Shown: piece by piece, positions 56,890 through 64,000 of the stretch | Layout: each line of letters opens with the position of its first letter | Numbering within the stretch: position 1 is the stretch's first letter | The notes under the pieces: generated by a model | The model's input: only the letters and a program-made list of their open reading frames with translations | Databases searched by the model: none | What the model was told of the DNA's origin: nothing | Assembly: GCA_964538855.1 (NCBI GenBank) | Contig: CAZIEY010000001.1 | Span: 245,389-309,388, forward strand | Length of the DNA stretch: 64,000 bases | From: an uncultured Candidatus Saccharibacteria bacterium | GTDB taxonomy: Bacteria > Patescibacteriota > Minisyncoccia > Phycocordibacterales > JAACPR01 | Reading direction: 5' to 3' | Position numbers and translations under genes: made by a program

Positions 56890-57372
56890 TTACTTCGCTT
56901 GGTACCAATTGATGTATTTTACAGGATCCGTTTTTTCGTAGTCAATTTTATTTTGAAAATACTGAATTCCTCTAAATCCACTCACAAATACTGCGATAAG
57001 AAACATTGGTACAAAAATAAATCCTCCGTAATATGCACCAAATACAACACCAAGTATTATCGTCTCTACGAATAGGGAACTCGTGAGTCCCCCTGCTCCA
57101 ACAAAAAGGCTTGCAATCACTGATAATAATAAAATACAAGAAATGAAAGAATACGTTTTAAAGTACCTAAGTTGTATAAAACAAAACATCAAAAATAATA
57201 AAATACAGTTAATGATGTAATACACCAAGTGAAAATCTGTTGTATTACCTAGCAAAAAATCAGAATCAGAGCTCATTATGTTGTAAAGTAAAGTCAGTAT
57301 GATAGTTCCCGCTGTAGCCCAACCAAGAAATGCACCGTATCGCTGATGATTTTTATATGGAATTATTTTCAT
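56890..57372 (-). CDS. Integral membrane protein, hypothetical, co-oriented with and overlapping the PilB-like gene
   Basis: 160 aa with 4 TM helices. The ATGA-type 4-nt overlap suggests an operon with the 57369 gene. Confidence 0.45.
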   Translation of the reverse strand: MKIIPYKNHQRYGAFLGWATAGTIILTLLYNIMSSDSDFLLGNTTDFHLVYYIINCILLFLMFCFIQLRYFKTYSFISCILLLSVIASLFVGAGGLTSSLFVETIILGVVFGAYYGGFIFVPMFLIAVFVSGFRGIQYFQNKIDYEKTDPVKYINWYQAK

Positions 57373-59087
57373 ATGTTAGGAGTTGCCTCAGTACCATCAG
57401 CTATCTTTCCTTCGCGTTTCTCCATATCCACCGTTCGCGCCACTTCTTCCCAGTCGGTGAGACCGGCTAAAATCTTAATGAGACCGTCTTGAGACATATC
57501 CATCATGCCTGCAGCAGCAGCCACCTTTTTAATTTCACGTTCGCTTGGGTTGTCTTGAACGATTGCTTCGATTTCTGGGGTAGTAGTGATGGCTTCATAA
57601 ATACCGAGACGTCCACGGTAGCCAGTTTTGTTACACTTTTCGCAACCAACCGGTTCGTAAATTGTGTCGGTAAAAACAGGTTTGTGTTCTGTTGGAATTG
57701 ATTCGTGAATTGATTTTGCAATTTCCAAAATCGCAGGGGACATTTTCACGGCTTTCTTACAATGCACACATAATTTTCGAGCGAGACGTTGCGCAATCAC
57801 GAGAGTGAGCGCTGACGTTAAAATTTTTGAATTGATACCAAGGTCAATGAGACGAGGGTATGCACCCGCCGCATTATTGGTGTGAAGGGTAGAGAACACA
57901 ATGTGACCAGTGAGCGCCGCCTGCACCGCAGTTTCGGCTGTGTCGTAATCTCGAATTTCACCCACCATGATGACATCGGGGTCCTGACGGAGGGAACTCT
58001 TGAGACCTTTTGCAAAGTCATATTCCATTTTCGGATTGACTTGAGTCTGCACAACACCTGCGAGGTGATATTCAATCGGGTCTTCGATAGTAATGATTTT
58101 AATGTCAGCTCCGCGCTTTTTGTTGAGAAAGGCGTAGAGTGTCGTTGTTTTACCGGAACCAGTCGGACCAGTATTCAAAATCATCCCGTGCGGTTTGTTA
58201 ATTTCGCGCATGAAAATTTCAATCAAATATGGTGGCACACCGAGGTCTTCGATCGGAATTGAAAGGGAATTCGGGTCGAGAAGACGCATAACAATAGACT
58301 CTCCATAATTTCCCGGTAATACCGACGAACGAATTTCAATTTCGTGTTCACCGACTTTTACACTGAAACGACCGTCCTGCGCATTGTCTCTAATGTTAAT
58401 TTTCAGACCAGATAATAATTTGATGCGGGACAAAAGAAGTCGATATGTTTCGTGATCAAATGCGCTGACTTTGATGAGTACGCCGTCGATGCGGAATCGT
58501 AATGTGACGCTTTCTTCTTCGGGTTCGACGTGAATATCGGATGCCTTGGTGGCCATTGCTGCAGCGACAATGACTTCGACAATTCGCGAAATGCGGAAGC
58601 TTTTTTTCATTGTCATCATTTCTTCGATCAGTGCGCGTGCGCTGTCTATGTTTTGTACTTTCGTCATGAACTCTTCAATTTCTCCACTTGAAATATCAAG
58701 GGAGCCAGCTTTTGAAACTTGAGCAAAGGAAATGTCGGCATAACGCGACCAAGCCTTGTTGAGACTTTTTGTGGAGACAAGAAAAGGTTTGATGAAATAT
58801 CCGCGTCGTTCTAGATCGGCAATTTCATTTTTCACCTCCTGACGATTTGGCGTTTTCATCGCAAAAGAAACCGTTTTGTTATTCATATTAAAAACTGCGA
58901 CTTGGGTTGCGCGCGCACGATCTTCTGGGATAAGTCGTAGCGCATCAGTGTTGATTGTTTCACCAGACAAATCAATATATGAAATCCCGTAGCGAGAAGA
59001 GAGGGTCTGGGCTAACTCCTCCTCTTCAACTTCAAGGAGTGAATCAATGCGCTGATTTTGTTTTTCCTCATCAAACTTAATGGTCAT
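57369..59087 (-). CDS. Second GspE/PilB-family secretion ATPase, with a C-terminal tetracysteine motif
   Basis: Walker A GPTGSGKTTT. CxxC...CxxC (CVHCKK...CEKCNKTG) present. N-terminal GspII-like domain. Confidence 0.8.
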   Translation of the reverse strand: MTIKFDEEKQNQRIDSLLEVEEEELAQTLSSRYGISYIDLSGETINTDALRLIPEDRARATQVAVFNMNNKTVSFAMKTPNRQEVKNEIADLERRGYFIKPFLVSTKSLNKAWSRYADISFAQVSKAGSLDISSGEIEEFMTKVQNIDSARALIEEMMTMKKSFRISRIVEVIVAAAMATKASDIHVEPEEESVTLRFRIDGVLIKVSAFDHETYRLLLSRIKLLSGLKINIRDNAQDGRFSVKVGEHEIEIRSSVLPGNYGESIVMRLLDPNSLSIPIEDLGVPPYLIEIFMREINKPHGMILNTGPTGSGKTTTLYAFLNKKRGADIKIITIEDPIEYHLAGVVQTQVNPKMEYDFAKGLKSSLRQDPDVIMVGEIRDYDTAETAVQAALTGHIVFSTLHTNNAAGAYPRLIDLGINSKILTSALTLVIAQRLARKLCVHCKKAVKMSPAILEIAKSIHESIPTEHKPVFTDTIYEPVGCEKCNKTGYRGRLGIYEAITTTPEIEAIVQDNPSEREIKKVAAAAGMMDMSQDGLIKILAGLTDWEEVARTVDMEKREGKIADGTEATPNI

Positions 59088-59155
59088 TTGAGCTTATTTT
59101 ATCAGACAATCGTGGTTTTGGGGCGGGGATATTCATAATATGTTAAAATAATCAT

Positions 59156-59617
59156 ATGAAATGGCGCGCAGATAATTTAATAACGCTTGAAAAAGTGGCG
59201 GAATACGCCCTACAAGAGTCTGAAAAAAAATCTACACTCAAGAAACACGCTGGCGTGATTGCGCTTCACGGAAATTTGGGAGCGGGTAAGACGACTTTTA
59301 CAAAGAGCATTGCGAAACTGCTCGGAATTACCGCGACGATTACGAGCCCAACGTTCGTGATTCAAAAGAGTTTCGAAGTCTCGGGTGATTTCGCGACAAA
59401 ATATGGTTCGATCAAAAAATTAATTCACATCGACACTTATAGAATCGATTTACAAGACGAGCTCGTCAAGCTGGGCTGGCACGAAAATGTGGCAGATGCG
59501 AATAATTTAATTGTGATTGAGTGGCCGGAGAATATTCCGGATCTGTTGCCAAAGGAAACTGTGCATGTTTATTTTGAATTTATAAATGAAACGACCCGTG
59601 AAATCGAAATCCGATAA
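59156..59617 (+). CDS. tsaE: tRNA threonylcarbamoyladenosine biosynthesis protein TsaE
   Basis: P-loop LHGNLGAGKTTFTK and the YjeE-family size. Confidence 0.8.
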   Translation: MKWRADNLITLEKVAEYALQESEKKSTLKKHAGVIALHGNLGAGKTTFTKSIAKLLGITATITSPTFVIQKSFEVSGDFATKYGSIKKLIHIDTYRIDLQDELVKLGWHENVADANNLIVIEWPENIPDLLPKETVHVYFEFINETTREIEIR

Positions 59618-62009
59618 AAAAATAGAGAAGAATTCGAAAGTTGAAAAGCAACGCATTGTCCTTCTCGATGCGCACGCGATTTTGCACCGCGCGTATCACG
59701 CTTTGCCGGATTTCGCTGCATCGAACGGGGAACCGACGGGCGCGCTTTTTGGGCTTTCGACTATGTTATTTGCAATCGTACGTGAATTGAAGCCGGACTA
59801 TATTATTGCGGCGTTTGACTTGGCCAAGCCGACGTATCGTCACGAAGTGTATGCCGATTACAAGGCGGGTCGCAAGAAAATCGATGATAATTTGATTAAA
59901 CAATTCACAAGTGCACGCGAACTTTTCAAAGCGTTTAATATTCCGATCTATGAAAAAGAGGGTTTTGAAGCCGACGATGTGCTCGGAACGATTTGCGAAA
60001 ATTTGAAGGACAATAAAAATGTCGAAATCGTCATCGCGTCTGGTGATATGGATACATTGCAACTTGTAAGTGGAACAAGGGTGCAGGTATATACTTTGAA
60101 AAAGGGTATTAAAGACACAATTTTATATGATGAAAAGGCGGTTCTTGCGCGATTCGGTTTTGGTCCAAAATTGCTGCCGGATTACAAGGGTTTGCGAGGC
60201 GATCCTTCCGACAACATTATCGGTATTCATGGGATTGGCGAAAAAACTGCGACGACTTTGATCACACAATTTGGCACTATCGAAAAGATATATAAAGCTT
60301 TTAAAAAAGACCGCGCGCAATTTACGGCTGCGGGTATTACCGAACGCATTCAAAAGCTACTCGAAGAAAATCAGGAAGAAGCCGAGTTTAGTAAAATGCT
60401 CGCCACTATTCGACGTGATGCGCCAATCGATTTTGTAATCCCAGAAAAAAAGTGGCGCGAGGGCGTAGACCATTCGCGTATCAAAAGTATGTTTCAAGAG
60501 TTGGAATTTCGAACGCTTGGTGGGCGCTTGAACGAGGTGCTCGGTGTTACAGGGGATGATGCAGATGCGAGTGGTTCTGGCGAATTAAAAGTAGCAGAGA
60601 AAATCGATCCGCAAGAATTGGTCGAGACTTCAATTATGTTGTGGATTTTGAATTCGAATATGTCAGACCCGACACTTGAGGATATTTACACGTATACAAA
60701 AACGAGTGGATTTACACAGGCGCGTGGAATTATTTTGTATGAAATTGAAAAGGCTGGTCTTAAAAATATTTTTACTGATATTGAAAAGCCTCTCATTCCG
60801 ATTATTACGAAAATGCAAAAAGCTGGCGTGAAAATCGACGTCAAAAAATTAGCAGACTTATCAAAGGAGTATCATACCGATTTGACTGCAATCGAAAAAA
60901 GAATCTACGCGGCGGCTGGTCAGGAATTCAATATTAATTCGCCGAAACAGATGGCGGAAATCTTGTTCGAGAAAATGGGTCTGACTTACAAAGGCTTGCG
61001 CAAAACAAGCTCCGGTAAATATTCGACGAAGGAGGAAGTGCTCGATAAATTAGCGGTTGAACATCCAATCGCACAGGCCATTTTGGAATATCGCGAAATT
61101 CAGAAATTGCTCTCGACCTATATAGATAGCTTGCCGACGCAGGTTGCGGATGATGGGCGGATTCACGCACAGTTTATCCAGGCGGGTGCTGCGACTGGAC
61201 GTTTTTCTTCGAAAAATCCAAATTTGCAAAACATTCCAGTCGGTACAGAGCGTGGCAAGAAGATTCGCGAAGCCTTTATTGCGGACAAGAGCAAAGTTTT
61301 AATGAGTTTTGATTATTCGCAAATCGAATTGCGCATCGCAGCATTTTTATCGAATGATGAAAAATTAATCAGTGCTTTCAAAAATGGGGAAGACATTCAC
61401 ACGGCGGTTGCTGCGGAAGTTTTCGGTGTGAAGCCTTCCGAAGTTGATAAGGAACAGCGCCGTAAAGCCAAGGTTATTAATTTCGGAATTTTATACGGCA
61501 TGGGCGTTTCTGCGCTTCAAAAAAATCTTGGTACTGATCGCAAAACCGCGCAGGAATTTTACAATCGATATTTTGAAAGTTATCCTGTCCTTGCGAAATA
61601 CATCGAACGTGTCAAAGCCGAAACGGCGGATCGAGGTTACACCACAACGCTTTTCGGGCGTCGCCGATATTTTGAGGGGTTCAAATCTCCGCTCCCGTTT
61701 ATTCGCGCTTCGGCGGAACGCATGGCAATTAACGCGCCGATTCAAGGAACTCAAGCCGATGTGATTAAAATTGCGATGGCCCGCATCGATGAGTTTTTAG
61801 TGAAACATGGTCTCGAAGAAAAGGCTCGTCTCATCTTACAAATTCACGACGAATTAATTTACGAAGTCGACAAAAGCGCGATTGATGATTTGCCAACTCA
61901 CATTAAAAAAATCATGGCTGACGTTTTGACGCCCGCACAAACAAAAGGTGTGCCGATTTTGACCGAGTGTGCAATGGGCGACAGTTGGGGAGACTTGAAA
62001 AAAGTTTAA
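59586..62009 (+). CDS. polA: DNA polymerase I
   Basis: 807 aa with an N-terminal 5'-3' exonuclease domain and C-terminal pol motifs A/B/C (DYSQIELR, RRKAKVINFGILYGMG, QIHDELIYEV). Start uncertain (32-nt overlap with tsaE). Confidence 0.85.
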   Translation: MKRPVKSKSDKKIEKNSKVEKQRIVLLDAHAILHRAYHALPDFAASNGEPTGALFGLSTMLFAIVRELKPDYIIAAFDLAKPTYRHEVYADYKAGRKKIDDNLIKQFTSARELFKAFNIPIYEKEGFEADDVLGTICENLKDNKNVEIVIASGDMDTLQLVSGTRVQVYTLKKGIKDTILYDEKAVLARFGFGPKLLPDYKGLRGDPSDNIIGIHGIGEKTATTLITQFGTIEKIYKAFKKDRAQFTAAGITERIQKLLEENQEEAEFSKMLATIRRDAPIDFVIPEKKWREGVDHSRIKSMFQELEFRTLGGRLNEVLGVTGDDADASGSGELKVAEKIDPQELVETSIMLWILNSNMSDPTLEDIYTYTKTSGFTQARGIILYEIEKAGLKNIFTDIEKPLIPIITKMQKAGVKIDVKKLADLSKEYHTDLTAIEKRIYAAAGQEFNINSPKQMAEILFEKMGLTYKGLRKTSSGKYSTKEEVLDKLAVEHPIAQAILEYREIQKLLSTYIDSLPTQVADDGRIHAQFIQAGAATGRFSSKNPNLQNIPVGTERGKKIREAFIADKSKVLMSFDYSQIELRIAAFLSNDEKLISAFKNGEDIHTAVAAEVFGVKPSEVDKEQRRKAKVINFGILYGMGVSALQKNLGTDRKTAQEFYNRYFESYPVLAKYIERVKAETADRGYTTTLFGRRRYFEGFKSPLPFIRASAERMAINAPIQGTQADVIKIAMARIDEFLVKHGLEEKARLILQIHDELIYEVDKSAIDDLPTHIKKIMADVLTPAQTKGVPILTECAMGDSWGDLKKV

Positions 62010-62015
62010 AAAATC

Positions 62016-62723
62016 ATGCTTTATTTTATTCATGGACAGCCGAATAAGGTTTTTCAGAAATCCGAGCAAATGGTTGCGTCGCTTCTCGCGAAAAAACCAG
62101 ACGCGGTGGTGGTGAAGCTCGACAGGGAGCAGATCATAGCAGGGAAAATCGCGGAATTTATTGGCTCACAATCACTTTTTTCGACGAAATATATCGTGAC
62201 TTTGTCGCGTGTTTTGGAGGATGAGGAAATTTCCGAAATCGTTTTGGATTTCGCGGAAGATATTCATGCTTCCGAAAATGTGTTCATTTGGGCTGAAGAA
62301 AAAGTTGATGCGAAAACCTTGAAAAAGATTGAAAAGGTTTCTGATAAAATTCAGTATTTTGAAATTTCGAAAACGGCTGGACCTCAGATAAATATTTTTG
62401 ACCTTGCGAGTGCATTTGCAGAAAGAGATAAAAAGCGCGCGTGGATTTTATATGTCGAGGCGTTGCAATATTTTTCGCCCGAGGAAATTTACGGCACATT
62501 GTGGTGGCAAGTGAAAACGATGCTTCTCGCGCAGGCGACCAAGACCGCGACAGAAGCTGGTATGAAGGATTTTTCATACTCAAAAGCCAAGGGATTTTTA
62601 CGGAAATATAAAGAGGGAGAAGTGACTGAATTGGCTCGAAATTTGATTGTCACCTATCACCAGTCACGCCTCGACGGGGAAAGCCTCGAATTGAATTTGG
62701 AGAAGTTGATACTTGCCAATTAG
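62016..62723 (+). CDS. Probable DNA polymerase III delta subunit (HolA-like)
   Basis: 235 aa. Fold-level resemblance only (MLYFIHGQ... N-terminus), placed downstream of polA. Confidence 0.45.
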   Translation: MLYFIHGQPNKVFQKSEQMVASLLAKKPDAVVVKLDREQIIAGKIAEFIGSQSLFSTKYIVTLSRVLEDEEISEIVLDFAEDIHASENVFIWAEEKVDAKTLKKIEKVSDKIQYFEISKTAGPQINIFDLASAFAERDKKRAWILYVEALQYFSPEEIYGTLWWQVKTMLLAQATKTATEAGMKDFSYSKAKGFLRKYKEGEVTELARNLIVTYHQSRLDGESLELNLEKLILAN

Positions 62724-62805
62724 TGTGGGGTGGTGTAATATCTGAGTCTGTTCCAGGCCATCGTATGGTTGCTGGATTAGTGTCAATTCGTTCGGAGTCC
62801 AATCA

Positions 62806-63093
62806 ATGAGTAAGCCGGTGCTGGTATTAGCATTAGAAGAACCCCAACTGGGTGGGGCCGCTCCTCAAGAGCAGCTTTGTACACCAGGAGTTGTGGCGGG
62901 TCGTCGAAGACCTGTCCCAGATCCGGAGGTCGAGCAGATCTTCCGAAAAGAGATCGGCGGCAGAAGGAGTCCTGCTGTGAAACTTCCCGACGGGTTGATG
63001 GTCAGTGGTGGCAACATGATCGTCTCGGTGAGTTCACCGGAAGAAGTTGCCGATGTGGTGGCTGGTGACTCGGCGCACTACAGGACTCACTGA
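62806..63093 (+). CDS. Small GC-rich hypothetical ORF (95 aa)
   Basis: About 60% GC by eye, with a strong own terminator. No recognisable domain, so coding status is uncertain. Confidence 0.3.
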   Translation: MSKPVLVLALEEPQLGGAAPQEQLCTPGVVAGRRRPVPDPEVEQIFRKEIGGRRSPAVKLPDGLMVSGGNMIVSVSSPEEVADVVAGDSAHYRTH

Positions 63094-63106
63094 GGGGAGA
63101 ATTACC

Positions 63107-63148
63107 GAAGCCGAGGCACCCACGGGGTCCCTCGGCTTCATTTTTTTG
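63107..63148 (+). terminator. Strong rho-independent terminator
   Basis: GAAGCCGAGG...CCTCGGCTTC followed by ATTTTTTTG. Confidence 0.75.
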
Positions 63149-63164
63149 CAATCCTAAATCTGGG

Positions 63165-63237
63165 TGCGCTTAGTAGGAATCGAACCTACGACCCTCTGCT
63201 TAAAAGGCAGGTGCTCTACCAACTGAGCTATAAGCGC
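63165..63237 (-). tRNA. tRNA-Lys(TTT), no encoded CCA
   Basis: Acceptor GCGCTTA/TAAGCGC, D-arm GCTC-AGTTGGTA-GAGC, anticodon loop CTTTTAA, T-arm GTAGG-TTCGATT-CCTAC. Confidence 0.8.
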
Positions 63238-63299
63238 ATACAAAAAACGCTTTTAAACATTAACAGAAAAAAAACGATTCGGCAAGACTTGGCTTTTAA

Positions 63300-63716
63300 T
63301 TATAGAGGTAAATCAATCGCAAACGCGCCTGGTCCAAGGAAAAGGAGTGCGAGCGAAAGGAAAATCATAACCACATTGAAAATTATAGGATAGTTCAAAA
63401 CCTTGCCCACGTATTTCTCAATCAGGGTCATATTTAAGAAAAGATATGCTGCAATAAGCACCATGACTTGGGTTAAAAATCCGACCGTGATAAAAACTCC
63501 GGTAAAAATTTCGACGAGACCCATAACCCAGGGCAGGAATCGATGAAAATTATAATTGCGCGCGAAATTGTGAACTTGTAATTCAGTAATGAAATAGATG
63601 CGTCGTACGCCAACCGTGATGAGGCCGATATAGAGAAGAACAATTCCAACAACGACGCGAAGCAGTGTGATCGCGAGGATGTCATAGGTGAAGAGCTCTG
63701 GAAAAACGCTTAACAT
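63300..63716 (-). CDS. DoxX-family membrane protein
   Basis: 138 aa with 4 TM helices and DoxX-like topology. Confidence 0.6.
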   Translation of the reverse strand: MLSVFPELFTYDILAITLLRVVVGIVLLYIGLITVGVRRIYFITELQVHNFARNYNFHRFLPWVMGLVEIFTGVFITVGFLTQVMVLIAAYLFLNMTLIEKYVGKVLNYPIIFNVVMIFLSLALLFLGPGAFAIDLPL

Positions 63717-63732
63717 ATGTGTAGTATATCAG

Positions 63733-64000
63733 AATGATGCGAAAAATTCTCATTCTCGAAAACATCCGAAGTGTGCACAACGTGGGTGCGATTTTTCGTA
63801 CGGCGGATGCGGCGGGGGTTGATAAAATTGTCTTGGTGGGAATTACTCCGGCGCCGATTGATCGTTTTGGACGGGCGCGGGCTGATTTGGCTAAGGCGGC
63901 TCTTGGGGCAGAAAAGACTATGGCATGGAAACAGGTCACGAATGTGGGCGAGGCAGTGGCGGAATTGCGCGCGGATGGTTTTCAAATTATTTCGCTCGAA
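63733..64000 (+). CDS. SpoU/TrmH-family RNA 2'-O-methyltransferase, 3'-truncated at the window edge
   Basis: MMRKILILENIRSVHNVGAIFRTADAAGVDKIVLVG is the SpoU N-terminal motif. No stop codon in the window. Confidence 0.7.

Noticed and set aside
1-64000. CRISPR arrays, rRNA genes, transposase/IS elements
   Set aside because: No regularly spaced direct repeats, no rRNA-like conserved stretches and no transposase-like ORF were seen. The only recombinase is a XerC/D-type housekeeping-like gene next to xth.

Overview
This window looks like a chromosomal segment of a small, moderately AT-rich bacterial genome (about 40% GC by eye). Gene content is most consistent, as an inference, with a reduced Patescibacteria/CPR-like or Gram-positive-type organism.

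Housekeeping genes: tpiA (partial), nusA, ppa, tig-clpP, rny, hup, rpsO, pcrA, ksgA, the classic yidC-rnpA-rpmH | dnaA-dnaN replication-origin core, PBP1A, tyrS, ruvC/yebC/ruvB, tsaE, polA and holA.

Other genes: type IV pilus genes pilC/pilB plus a second PilB-like ATPase, xth, xerC/D, cca, comM, and six tRNAs (Gly-TCC, Pro-TGG, Gly-GCC, Arg-TCG, Lys-TTT; three of them without an encoded CCA).

Accessory block: roughly 11 kb (33.8-44.9 kb) encodes a Gram-positive-style type IV secretion-like apparatus. It comprises a VirB6-like membrane protein, a PrgI/VirB3-like protein, a VirB4 ATPase apparently split into two ORFs, a pilin-like protein and several secreted proteins. No relaxase or coupling protein is visible.

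Non-genic structure:
- A three-copy long-palindromic intergenic repeat family sits at gene 3' ends (23.25, 44.9 and 53.0 kb).
- Two inverted-repeat-bounded elements of about 140-150 bp (17.0 and 56.6 kb) share an internal 10-mer. One has TA-flanked 21-bp terminal inverted repeats and resembles a MITE.
- A GC-rich (about 57%) pyrD-pyrC islet abuts tRNA-Gly.
- Three small GC-rich ORFs each carry their own promoter and terminator.
- A Phd/RelE-type toxin-antitoxin module with palindromic GTGTACAC operators is inserted in the ruv locus.
- A terminator-like hairpin lies in the leader of an orphan pheA.

No CRISPR array, rRNA or transposase gene was seen.
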